From a virus (lineage: Duplodnaviria; Caudoviricetes): DNA of 36,858 nt. Shown here one piece after another: positions 1 through 8,313 of this stretch; position 1 is the stretch's first letter; each line of letters starts with the position of its first letter. Where the stretch lies: positions 1 to 36,858 of the IMG/VR virus record IMGVR_UViG_3300017913_001829. The stretch is one strand, 5' to 3'. The notes under the pieces are model-generated. The model saw nothing but the letters and a program-made list of their open reading frames with translations, was not told the origin of the DNA and did no database searches. The position numbers and the translations under genes are program-made.

Positions 1-644
1 ACGCAGATGCAATCATAGTTTGCGTAAGCACGCCGCAGAAAGAAATCAGCGGACACTGTGATGTAACCAATGTGTGTGATGTGATAGATGAGGCACCTGA
101 TGTGCCCGTTTTAATCAAGAGTACGATTTCTCCGGAAGGTTGGAGACTAATAACAGATACCTGTACTAATAAAAATATAACGTTCTCGCCCGAATATCTA
201 CGTGCGGCTCATTGGGACAAAGACATTGAAGAATGTAGAGACTTTTACATGGGCGGTGCCGGCACTAACTTTTGGGCAGACTTGTTCCGTTTTGCCAGAG
301 GCAATATCAATATTCATGTAGCAGACCCTGTAGAACTAATCCTTTCTAAGCAACTTAGAAATAGTTTTCTAGCACTAAAGGTTACATACTTTAATCAAGT
401 TTATGATTATTGTGCAGGCGAAGGTGTTGATTTTGAAAGTGTTCGTAAATTGATTACTTCAGATCCTCGCATAGGCGAAAGCCATAGCACAGTAACCAAA
501 GAGCGTGGATTTGGAGGACATTGTTTTCCAAAGGATACACTTGCAACGGTAAGGAGTGCTGTAGTCAGTGCCAACACACGCATGACCCTGCTTGAAGAAG
601 CAATCAATTATAATGACACCTTTCGCAAGGCAGATGATAAATAG
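1..644 (+). CDS. ugd: UDP-glucose/GDP-mannose 6-dehydrogenase family protein (5'-truncated by window edge; lacks the C-terminal UDP-binding domain)
   Basis: Frame is open from base 3 (ADAIIVCVSTP...). Motifs KSTI, FSPEYLR, KQLRNSFLALKVTYFN and catalytic GFGGHCFPKD. Confidence 0.85.
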   Translation, partial: ADAIIVCVSTPQKEISGHCDVTNVCDVIDEAPDVPVLIKSTISPEGWRLITDTCTNKNITFSPEYLRAAHWDKDIEECRDFYMGGAGTNFWADLFRFARGNINIHVADPVELILSKQLRNSFLALKVTYFNQVYDYCAGEGVDFESVRKLITSDPRIGESHSTVTKERGFGGHCFPKDTLATVRSAVVSANTRMTLLEEAINYNDTFRKADDK

Positions 645-712
645 AATGATTTAAAGAACAGCTCAAATTTTTTTTTGAGCAAATTTTTTTTGGCTATAGA
701 AAAGGAAAAGAA

Positions 713-1540
713 ATGACACAGCTAATATCCCCAAGTAAATTTACGAAAACAGTTGGCCTTTTAAGGTCATTTTTTTTGGAAAAAGGTTTCCAAGAAGTGC
801 ATACACAAAATAGATTATCTATTTTAGCCGCGTGTGAAGATCCATTCAACGTTGCAACTTATAATTACGCAGGCCAAGTTTGGCCGTTGCCGCAAACAGG
901 CCAGATGTGGTTAGAACATGAATTACTTTCACAGCCCGATGCAAAGGGCTTTTTTTGTGTCTCCACTTCCTACAGACAAGAACCAAATGCTATTCCAGGC
1001 AGGCATGATATAATTTTTCCAATGTTTGAGTTTGAGTTCCCAGGCACTATAGATGATCTCAAAACAATGGAATACGAGCTATGTGAATACTTAGGTTTTG
1101 ATAAACCAACAGAAAAGACTTATGCGGATTGGCAAAAACATTTTGAACTAGGTGCTCATGCAGAAATGGATGCTAACCATGAAACAAGCATGTACGAACA
1201 ATTTGGTTCAACAATGATTACAGACTTTCCTGAAATGACATCACCGTTTTGGAACATGAGTAGATATCCAGGTGGTGCTACAAGTAAAAAGATAGATGTT
1301 ATATTAGGTGGTATGGAAACTATTGGCTCAGCAGAACGCTCATGTGATGTAGAAATGATGAGAGATACATTTCATACTATTACAAATGGTGAATACTCAG
1401 AGTTACTTTACAAATTATTCTCTAAAGAACGTGTAGAAGCAGAACTAGAAAAGTTTTTAGAGTTTGACTTCTTTGAAAGAGTTGGCGGCGGAATCGGCAT
1501 GACAAGAATGATTGCGGCTTTAGACAAGCTCGCAGCCTAA
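713..1540 (+). CDS. Stand-alone class IIb (Asn/Asp) aminoacyl-tRNA synthetase catalytic domain, no anticodon-binding OB fold
   Basis: Motif 1-like LRSFFLEKGFQEVHTQ, AsnRS-like LPQTGQMWLE, motif 2 SYRQEPNAIPGRHDIIFPMFEFE, motif 3 GGGIGMTRMI. Only ~15 aa precede motif 1. SD-like AAGGA upstream. Confidence 0.85.
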   Translation: MTQLISPSKFTKTVGLLRSFFLEKGFQEVHTQNRLSILAACEDPFNVATYNYAGQVWPLPQTGQMWLEHELLSQPDAKGFFCVSTSYRQEPNAIPGRHDIIFPMFEFEFPGTIDDLKTMEYELCEYLGFDKPTEKTYADWQKHFELGAHAEMDANHETSMYEQFGSTMITDFPEMTSPFWNMSRYPGGATSKKIDVILGGMETIGSAERSCDVEMMRDTFHTITNGEYSELLYKLFSKERVEAELEKFLEFDFFERVGGGIGMTRMIAALDKLAA

Positions 1541-1548
1541 GGTATTGA

Positions 1549-1648
1549 TCTGGGGTGGTGAAATTGGTAGACACGCACGACTGTTAATCGTGTGATAGAT
1601 ATCGGCAAAATATTTATCGTGGAGGTTCGAGTCCTCCCCCCAGAGCCA
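1549..1648 (+). tRNA. tRNA with GTT (Asn) anticodon, long variable arm and encoded CCA
   Basis: Acceptor TCTGGGG/CCCCAGA, discriminator G, CCA 1646-1648. D arm GTG-AAATTGGTAGA-CAC. Anticodon stem CACGA/TCGTG with loop CTGTTAA. Variable stem GATAGATAT/ATATTTATC. T arm GGAGG-TTCGAGT-CCTCC. Confidence 0.93.
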
Positions 1649-1651
1649 ATA

Positions 1652-1867
1652 TTATACTTCGTTACCTTCTGATGTATCTACACAGATACCATATGCCATG
1701 CCAGCGTAGGCAGACTTACTTAAATTTTTGTTAATATTTTTTTCCGCAACTAGACATTCTTCCATAGATCCAAAAGGCAATGCACTCCACCCATTGGGCA
1801 TTACAATGTCTCCTGGAAGCCATGAACCGTCTGTCATTAAAAACATAACAACTAAGAATATTTTCAC
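1652..1867 (-). CDS. Small hypothetical protein with hydrophobic N-terminus
   Basis: Overlaps the lipase stop by 4 nt (GTGA), suggesting translational coupling. N-terminal hydrophobic stretch and two Cys. Confidence 0.6.
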   Translation of the reverse strand: MKIFLVVMFLMTDGSWLPGDIVMPNGWSALPFGSMEECLVAEKNINKNLSKSAYAGMAYGICVDTSEGNEV

Positions 1868-2613
1868 TTTAATGCTTTGTCAATGTTATCGTGGTACGCT
1901 TGGATATCATGGTCAGCAATGTTATCAATACGTTTGTTCTTGATTCCATCCCACATGCCTTTACACCAATCCACAAAACTTGGCTTTCCTATCTTGTTAT
2001 CGCTTGTAATATAATGTAGTTCTCCATCATGCCTGTAACCCATTATCCATAAAGGTACTTTTGTTACAATGTCGTTGTTGTTTCTCCAACGATGGTGTAC
2101 TACGCCCAAACTATTACAGTATTTTTTCCAACCAACTCTAGGTGATCCGTATGTATAAAGTTCAATAGGATCGTTTAGATCAATATTATGATAGCAACGG
2201 CTTGCCATAATTGTTGCCATTGCCGCACCTAGACTATGTCCGCAGAACCAAAGTGTTTTGTTAACATTTGCCTTGCGTAATAAATCTTCTTCTACCATAG
2301 GCCATAGTTCATCAACTTCTGCTTTGAAGCCTCTATGCACTCTACCAACAGTTTCTGCCATTACAGGCATTGCTTTTAAGTCTGCTTTGATATCATTAAA
2401 CTCACTAGGTTCTGTACCACGGCAAGCAATAACAATATCATCTTTGTTCATGAAGCGATAGGCCTGAGCACCATCTTTGTCGTAAAACTCTACGGTTGTA
2501 AAGCCTAACCGTTTTGCTTGACTTGCAGCTTTTTTCTCTGTATTATAAGCGATCTTAGCAAGTTTAGCAAAAAGTAAGGATCGCTCTTTGAAATTCATAT
2601 GTGTTATTGACAT
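1864..2613 (-). CDS. Class 3 lipase (alpha/beta hydrolase)
   Basis: IACRGTE, VHRGF, nucleophile motif GHSLG, YTYGSPRVG, NNNDIVTKVP and C-terminal DH. SD GAGGAGG upstream. Confidence 0.9.
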   Translation of the reverse strand: MSITHMNFKERSLLFAKLAKIAYNTEKKAASQAKRLGFTTVEFYDKDGAQAYRFMNKDDIVIACRGTEPSEFNDIKADLKAMPVMAETVGRVHRGFKAEVDELWPMVEEDLLRKANVNKTLWFCGHSLGAAMATIMASRCYHNIDLNDPIELYTYGSPRVGWKKYCNSLGVVHHRWRNNNDIVTKVPLWIMGYRHDGELHYITSDNKIGKPSFVDWCKGMWDGIKNKRIDNIADHDIQAYHDNIDKALK

Positions 2614-2641
2614 TGTTGCCCTCCTCGTTATGTACTACTCT

Positions 2642-2660
2642 TATTTATTGACGCTAAATA
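2642..2660. promoter_or_regulatory. Back-to-back T4-type late promoter motifs (TAAATA on - strand 2642-2647 and on + strand 2655-2660)
   Basis: Lie in the divergent intergenic gap between the lipase and the 2679 ORF. The same hexamer recurs before many genes. Confidence 0.55.
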
Positions 2661-2678
2661 GTAATACGGAGTAGGCTA

Positions 2679-2939
2679 ATGAAAAAACATACAAGAAGTA
2701 TATTGCAAGAGTTGTCTAATATTGGTACTAAAAACCACAGTGACTTGCTAATTGAGACAACTGCAAATAACATTATTGAAAGTAGTATTAATCTATTGAA
2801 TACTATTAATCAGAATTACGATGTAGAGACTGCTTCGGAACTTGAACGTAGGTTTATAAACAGCATTAGAACTGGAGATCCTAGAAAGTTCAAACGTGCT
2901 ATCAACAAGATTGTAGAGAATAAAAATAATGAATCTTAA
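2679..2939 (+). CDS. Hypothetical phage protein
   Basis: 86 aa ORF with GGAG SD, coupled to the next gene. Confidence 0.7.
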   Translation: MKKHTRSILQELSNIGTKNHSDLLIETTANNIIESSINLLNTINQNYDVETASELERRFINSIRTGDPRKFKRAINKIVENKNNES

Positions 2940-3690
2940 AGAAGGCGGAAATATATTTAAGGATCCTGAAACTAAGGAACCACTTACTCAACGCATCAAT
3001 AAAGAAGATGTGTTGCCTACTCTTAATTGGTTAGAAAAGATAACAGGGTTACCGCACTCAGACTTTATGCTAGGTAGCACAGGCAAGAAAGCAACTTCAG
3101 GTGATTTGGATGTTGCTGTCAACAAAGATGAAGTAAGCAAAGACGAACTTGTTGCTAAACTAAAAGCATGGTGTATTGACAATGGCAAAGATCCTAAAGC
3201 ATGGGTGAAAAAGTCAGGGATCAGCGTACACTTTTTTACTCCTATCAAAGGCAATGAAGCAAATGGTTTTGTACAAACAGATCTGATGTTTGGTGATCCT
3301 GAATGGATGAAATGGAGTCTTGCAGGTTCAGATGATAGAACAGCCTACAAAGGACGTGACAAACTAATACTAATGAGTAGTATTGCAAAAGCACAAGGTA
3401 TGAAGTATAGTTCACAACAAGGACTGTTGGACAGAGAAACAAACGAACCTATCAGTCGCAACCCTGCTGAGATTGCACAAAAACTGTTAGGTCCACAAGC
3501 ACAAATGGATGACTTAGAATCTGTTGAAAGTATTATTACTGTAATTAAAACACGCCCAGACTACAAGGATCTTATTGCTGATGCAGAAGAAACTTTGGGC
3601 AAAGATGGCATCACTTTACCAGAAAGCCATGACATATCTCGATTGAAAGAACTGTCTGGTATGACTCTTAATAGTGTGAGGTTGCTATGA
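2929..3690 (+). CDS. Pol-beta-superfamily nucleotidyltransferase-like protein
   Basis: hGS motif (MLGSTGKK) followed by GDLDVAV (DxD), and a third acidic residue in VQTDLM. Confidence 0.65.
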   Translation: MNLKEGGNIFKDPETKEPLTQRINKEDVLPTLNWLEKITGLPHSDFMLGSTGKKATSGDLDVAVNKDEVSKDELVAKLKAWCIDNGKDPKAWVKKSGISVHFFTPIKGNEANGFVQTDLMFGDPEWMKWSLAGSDDRTAYKGRDKLILMSSIAKAQGMKYSSQQGLLDRETNEPISRNPAEIAQKLLGPQAQMDDLESVESIITVIKTRPDYKDLIADAEETLGKDGITLPESHDISRLKELSGMTLNSVRLL

Positions 3691-4865
3691 GATTTGTAGA
3701 GTTTAGAGACACACAACGCAAACCCTTAGTGGAAGCGGCTAGAATACAACACGCAGAAGACTTTATCTTCTGGGATGGCAGTGCAGGCGCTGTTCGTGTA
3801 TTGAACAGCCTTGAGAAACTAGAAAAAGGAGTTGAAGATGTCACACTCAAATGGGATGGATCTCCCTCAATCATTTTTGGGCGCGATGAGGATGGAAGAT
3901 TCATACTCACCGACAAATCAGGATTTGGGGCAAAAGGATATGATGGAAAGGCAAAAAGCGCAAGCGACTTGGAAAAAATGCTTATGGCCCGCCCCGGAGC
4001 ACGGAACCCTGACCCAAAGAAGGCAGAGGCGTTCAAACAGTTCGCAGGGAACATGAAAGACATCTTTGACGAGTATGAAAAAGCAATACCAAAAGACTTT
4101 AGAGGCTTTTACAAAGGCGACTTGCTATACTATAACACACCAGAACTTGCAGACGGCTACTATAAGTTTACTCCGCAGATTGTTACTTACACAGTCAAAG
4201 CAGATAGTCCTATGGGCAAACGTATTGGCGCAAGCAAAACAGGTGTAGTAATACATAGACTTGTAGATGAAAATGGACTAGAAGGTCCGTTGCCACAAGG
4301 TGCTGTTGATACATTCCAAGGCAACGAAGTTTTTGTAGTTCCTCCTGTCACAGTGCAAAAGACTGCAAAGATAGATAACAAAAGCATTAATGAATTAAAA
4401 CAAACAATCAGCAAATACCGTAATGCAATAGATGACTTACTAAATCAAAGCACTCTACAACAACTGCAACTAAGTGACTTCAGCCAAATACTTTATGCCT
4501 ACACAAATAGCAAAGTTGACACTGGCATGACAAACATGGGTCAAGACTTTATGCAGTGGCTACAGAATAGCAAAGTAAGTGAAAAGAAAAAAGAACGTAT
4601 GTCTGATTACATACAACAACACAAAGCAGGTTTTGACGCAGTCTGGGCATTGCATACTAAAATAATGCAAGTCAAGGATGATGTCATTAGACAGTTTGAC
4701 CAACATGATAGTGAAGTCAAACAAGAAATAGGACCACACGGCCCTGTCAAGCAAGATGCTCATGGACAAGGCGGTGAAGGATATGTACTTGCACATCCTG
4801 AAGGTGATATAAAACTAGTGCCTAGAGAATACTTCTCTAAGGCCAACAGAGCAGTGGAGCGATAA
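3687..4865 (+). CDS. DUF6267-like protein with ATP-dependent ligase/capping-type KxDG motif
   Basis: VTLKWDGSPSIIFG (motif I KxDG), YKGDLLY, GEGYVL and IKLVPR resemble RNA-ligase nucleotidyltransferase motifs. Confidence 0.6.
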   Translation: MRFVEFRDTQRKPLVEAARIQHAEDFIFWDGSAGAVRVLNSLEKLEKGVEDVTLKWDGSPSIIFGRDEDGRFILTDKSGFGAKGYDGKAKSASDLEKMLMARPGARNPDPKKAEAFKQFAGNMKDIFDEYEKAIPKDFRGFYKGDLLYYNTPELADGYYKFTPQIVTYTVKADSPMGKRIGASKTGVVIHRLVDENGLEGPLPQGAVDTFQGNEVFVVPPVTVQKTAKIDNKSINELKQTISKYRNAIDDLLNQSTLQQLQLSDFSQILYAYTNSKVDTGMTNMGQDFMQWLQNSKVSEKKKERMSDYIQQHKAGFDAVWALHTKIMQVKDDVIRQFDQHDSEVKQEIGPHGPVKQDAHGQGGEGYVLAHPEGDIKLVPREYFSKANRAVER

Positions 4866-4866
4866 C

Positions 4867-5250
4867 ATGAAAATAAAAGACGTAGTAAAGTTAAAAGAAG
4901 GTAACTTCGACGATTTTGGTTTAGGTAAACACGGATCAGAACTAGACCGTGACGATGATGATGAAGGATTCAAGCAAACATCAATGTTTGATCAGTTAGG
5001 CAAAGTCCTAGACAGCAGAGGTAATCCTAATCCTAAAACAACTGTAACAACAGATGATGGCAAGGAACACAAAGTTACGCCAGCACAAGCACAGATGCTT
5101 AGAATGATGGCAACTGCTGAAAAGATCAAGCCAATGATCCGCACAAAGTTTATTAAAGATATTCAAACATCAAATGGTTTGATTGACTTTTTAGATATGC
5201 CTGATCCTAAGGATATGGGTACATTGTTTATGAAGAAGTATCTTGGCTAA
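4867..5250 (+). CDS. Hypothetical protein, probable virion-internal protein
   Basis: 127 aa ORF with N-terminal MKIKDVVKLKE motif, tightly coupled to its neighbours. Confidence 0.7.
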   Translation: MKIKDVVKLKEGNFDDFGLGKHGSELDRDDDDEGFKQTSMFDQLGKVLDSRGNPNPKTTVTTDDGKEHKVTPAQAQMLRMMATAEKIKPMIRTKFIKDIQTSNGLIDFLDMPDPKDMGTLFMKKYLG

Positions 5251-6122
5251 TGATGGAATTCATTAAAGATATTAACGAAGCAAGAATGACTAGGGACTCT
5301 AGCAATGCTAGGGTGTTGACCTATACTGATTGTTGCGAACGTTTGTATCTATCAGTTCTTACATTAGAACTACTCCGACAGTATCCTACTTTTACAAATA
5401 CAGTAAGAGTTTATGCTAGAAAAACTAGTGGATACGAAAGTTACAAATACTTTAGATCAAATGGCACTGACCTTTATAATTTTATATACTATGTTAATGG
5501 CGATGACAAAGCTCTTAACAAACTTAAAGATCCAGGTGCGGCAAAACGCAAGCGTAAGAGTGTAACGTTGCCTACAATGCAACTAAATGGATACATCACT
5601 AAACTAAGTTACGGATCACAACCGCAAAACACTGCTCAACTTTTTGTGCGGTTAGAAAACGAACTTGGTATAGTTAACACAGATTATAAGCAAGTGCGCA
5701 GAGCATTAAGCACTTGGAACCGTATAAGCACTATTGATAAAAAGAAATTTGTAACTAAATTATTATTTGCCTGCAGAGCTAAACTACGCTCTAGTGATAT
5801 AATAGATGACCTAGAAAAACTAGCGGCAATCAGAGACTTGGAAACAGCCGCAGTAAGAGACAACGAACCTACAGTGTCTACTCCAGATATGACAATAGAT
5901 TCAAAAGACTTGCTATGGTACAAATCAATAGTAGGATCAGACAATCTATTTCTTGCACGTAAGTTTGTTGAAATGACAGGCAGAGGTACAGCTATACCAA
6001 GTAATGTTGTACAAGCATATGCACCAGCAGTAAAAATGTTAAATGACATAGTTGCGGCTGGTCCAGCATATGTAGGCATGCTTAGAACCATACATAACAA
6101 AGCCAAACAGCAAAATAAGTAA
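5250..6122 (+). CDS. Hypothetical phage protein
   Basis: 290 aa ORF, TAATG coupling, N-terminal MEFIKDINEA. Confidence 0.75.
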   Translation: MMEFIKDINEARMTRDSSNARVLTYTDCCERLYLSVLTLELLRQYPTFTNTVRVYARKTSGYESYKYFRSNGTDLYNFIYYVNGDDKALNKLKDPGAAKRKRKSVTLPTMQLNGYITKLSYGSQPQNTAQLFVRLENELGIVNTDYKQVRRALSTWNRISTIDKKKFVTKLLFACRAKLRSSDIIDDLEKLAAIRDLETAAVRDNEPTVSTPDMTIDSKDLLWYKSIVGSDNLFLARKFVEMTGRGTAIPSNVVQAYAPAVKMLNDIVAAGPAYVGMLRTIHNKAKQQNK

Positions 6123-6232
6123 CTTTTACCTCCTTTTTTGTGCATTATACCAGGTTTTTTTGCCTGTATGGTAAATACATATGTATTAACACGCAATGAG
6201 CTTGCGTAGGACATTAGATAAGGAGAAATAAA

Positions 6233-6550
6233 ATGGCCGCAATTACATCAACAGCAAACACAGGACTATCAAACGGTCTTGGTGCAGCAACTTCAATCGT
6301 TAAGATTGCAAAAACAAACATCACAGAAGCAGAACTAAAAACTATCCTAGACGATATGGCTTTCGACGGACAGACAATCGCTGGTGTAGCAACAGCTGAC
6401 GGTTCAGCATTTTCATCAGGCGCAACAGACGCTGTGTTTGTAGCAGTGCAAGGCATCGACGGCGACGGTTATGCTCCAGAAGGTTCAAACGCACACGGTG
6501 TATCAGGTGCAGTAACAACACTTGAAGCACTATTTGACGACAACTTCTAA
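6233..6550 (+). CDS. Small Ala/Gly/Thr-rich probable virion structural protein
   Basis: Late motif TAAATA at 6172, strong SD AAGGAG, codon usage typical of high expression (TTC, GAC, AAC), own terminator. Confidence 0.6.
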   Translation: MAAITSTANTGLSNGLGAATSIVKIAKTNITEAELKTILDDMAFDGQTIAGVATADGSAFSSGATDAVFVAVQGIDGDGYAPEGSNAHGVSGAVTTLEALFDDNF

Positions 6551-6571
6551 GAGTTGATAACTTAATAATAG

Positions 6572-6602
6572 AAAGAGCCACTTTTATAGTGGCTCTTTTT
6601 TT
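6572..6602 (+). terminator. Rho-independent terminator
   Basis: AAAGAGCCACT-TTTAT-AGTGGCTCTTT followed by a T run. Confidence 0.85.
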
Positions 6603-6619
6603 ATGACTTTAAATACCGT

Positions 6620-6997
6620 ATGCACATCACGGTTCATACCCTAGTTGACATTACTGAAACTTTGACCCGCAAAGGTCCTGAAACAAAAAAAGTAAGACAA
6701 CAGAACAATCATGATACTCTACTACAGGCTTGCAGTTTAAGAGCCAACGTAGAAATGCTTTCATGTGAACAAACTGTGGGCGCACAAGAGTTTGGTAGTG
6801 CTAATGAAGGCAAGAACAGGTACTGGACATTAAAATTACATACAGAGTATCCTTTTACACACGAAGATCTAACTAGTGATTTAGACTTCTTGCCAGTGCT
6901 AGTAGGACTAGACGAAACAGGCTTAATCCATAACAATATCCTGCAAACTAAAGATTTGGTGTATAAAAACACAATCTTTTTGTTAGATGATAAATAA
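6620..6997 (+). CDS. Hypothetical protein (probably leaderless mRNA)
   Basis: 125 aa ORF. TAAATA at 6610-6615 lies 4 nt before the ATG, with no SD. Confidence 0.7.
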   Translation: MHITVHTLVDITETLTRKGPETKKVRQQNNHDTLLQACSLRANVEMLSCEQTVGAQEFGSANEGKNRYWTLKLHTEYPFTHEDLTSDLDFLPVLVGLDETGLIHNNILQTKDLVYKNTIFLLDDK

Positions 6998-7087
6998 ACA
7001 TATAGGCGATATAACAGGCATCCATTCATTAGGCTAACTAAGAGTTTACTAATTGCCCTAGAGTAAGGGTACAATGGAGAAGAAACA

Positions 7088-7318
7088 GTGTCAACAACGT
7101 CACTAGAAAAAGAAAATTTAGAAGCACACGTAGACTTATGCGCTCAACGCTATGAAGTCTTAGAAGGTCGCCTCAGCAAGATCGAAGAAAAAGTTGAGTC
7201 AATCCATTCAGATATGGTTGAAGGTCAGAAGTCCACGACAAAAGTTTTAATTGGCACCTCAGGCACAATCGTTGCCGGACTACTATCCACCATCGTTGTT
7301 ATTCTGCTACAAGCGTAG
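7088..7318 (+). CDS. Coiled-coil protein with C-terminal transmembrane helix (XhlA/holin-like architecture)
   Basis: GTG start with GGAG SD. Heptad segment YEVLEGRLSKIEEKVESI, then a hydrophobic C-terminus. Confidence 0.65.
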   Translation: MSTTSLEKENLEAHVDLCAQRYEVLEGRLSKIEEKVESIHSDMVEGQKSTTKVLIGTSGTIVAGLLSTIVVILLQA

Positions 7319-7329
7319 CTAAATACAAT

Positions 7330-7602
7330 ATGAGAGTAAGTGAAGTTTTATCAGAAAGACAAGTATGGGCTCGCAGTGGTAACACTGTTGTTCGCAAATA
7401 TCGTTGCGTAACTGGTAGTCGTAAAGGACGTATTGTAGCAACACCAGCACAGTGCTTTAAAGCACCTGATATCAAAAAACGTATTACACTCAAAAAGACG
7501 AAAGCCAGACTTGGAGCAAGAATGGCACGTAAGGCTAAACGTACCAAGCGTACAAATCCAGCCAGCCGTAGAGTAGCGGCAATGAATAAAAGGTCGAGGT
7601 AA
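7330..7602 (+). CDS. Highly basic protein, paralog 1
   Basis: R/K-rich, motif VWxRxGN..VRKYRC..G.RKGR. TAAATA 4 nt upstream. Confidence 0.8.
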   Translation: MRVSEVLSERQVWARSGNTVVRKYRCVTGSRKGRIVATPAQCFKAPDIKKRITLKKTKARLGARMARKAKRTKRTNPASRRVAAMNKRSR

Positions 7603-7868
7603 TGTTGTTACGTGAGTTTTTAGAAGCTACTTCAAGAGTATGGGGTAGGGTAGGCAACAAACAAGTAAGAAAGTACCGTTGCACACACGGAGTTCGCAAA
7701 GGCAGAGTCATGAGTTCGCCGGCCGCATGTAACGCTCCTATAAATATTCAAAAGAGTAACAGATTAAAACAAACAAAAGCAGGTAAAGCAAAAACTATTG
7801 GGTTCAAGAGTGCAAGAACACGTAGATTGAATCCTGCAAGTCAAAGATTAAGAAGGTTAAACAAATGA
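7602..7868 (+). CDS. Highly basic protein, paralog 2
   Basis: Aligns end to end with 7330-7602. Confidence 0.8.
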   Translation: MLLREFLEATSRVWGRVGNKQVRKYRCTHGVRKGRVMSSPAACNAPINIQKSNRLKQTKAGKAKTIGFKSARTRRLNPASQRLRRLNK

Positions 7869-8101
7869 AAATATTTGAAGTTATGCAGGGCGAGTTACAA
7901 GTTTTAGATGCAAATGATCAAGAAGTAACACTACAAGATCCAAAAACAAAAGTAAAAACTGTTGTTCCAAAAGATCCTAACAAGCCAGGAATGATACAAC
8001 GTGATCCATCAGGCAAGTTAATCATGAGCAACAAACCAGGTCAACCACAAGAGGTTGACGATGAAATTAAACCAGGTGATAAGGTACAGGTCGGGCAATG
8101 A
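7865..8101 (+). CDS. Hypothetical protein
   Basis: 78 aa with ATGA overlaps at both ends; N-terminal MKIFE. Confidence 0.7.
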   Translation: MKIFEVMQGELQVLDANDQEVTLQDPKTKVKTVVPKDPNKPGMIQRDPSGKLIMSNKPGQPQEVDDEIKPGDKVQVGQ

Positions 8102-8313
8102 AAGTCAGTGAACTTATAGGTAGCTTTGAAATCTTCTCAACAAATGAAGAAGATCAGCTTCTATCTAAGTTAGACACCTTAACACCATTACAGAGTTTTC
8201 CAGAAAGACAAAGATTCGTTATTGAAAATATGATCAAGAAGAGTTTGGTAAGTAAGAAAATGCGAGGAAAAGAAGTGATGGTGGTTAGGAATGATATCCC
8301 CGAAAGTACTTAA
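8098..8313 (+). CDS. Hypothetical protein (small winged-helix-like)
   Basis: 71 aa, coupled; N-terminal MKVSE. Confidence 0.65.
   Translation: MKVSELIGSFEIFSTNEEDQLLSKLDTLTPLQSFPERQRFVIENMIKKSLVSKKMRGKEVMVVRNDIPEST

Noticed and set aside
1593-1620. Extra tRNA sequence as an intron
   Set aside because: It lies in the variable region rather than the anticodon loop, is too short for a self-splicing intron, and folds as a normal class II arm.
5684-6581. Long minus-strand ORFs here and similar ones elsewhere in the ORF track
   Set aside because: They are antisense shadows of well-supported + strand genes, with no RBS or recognisable motifs.
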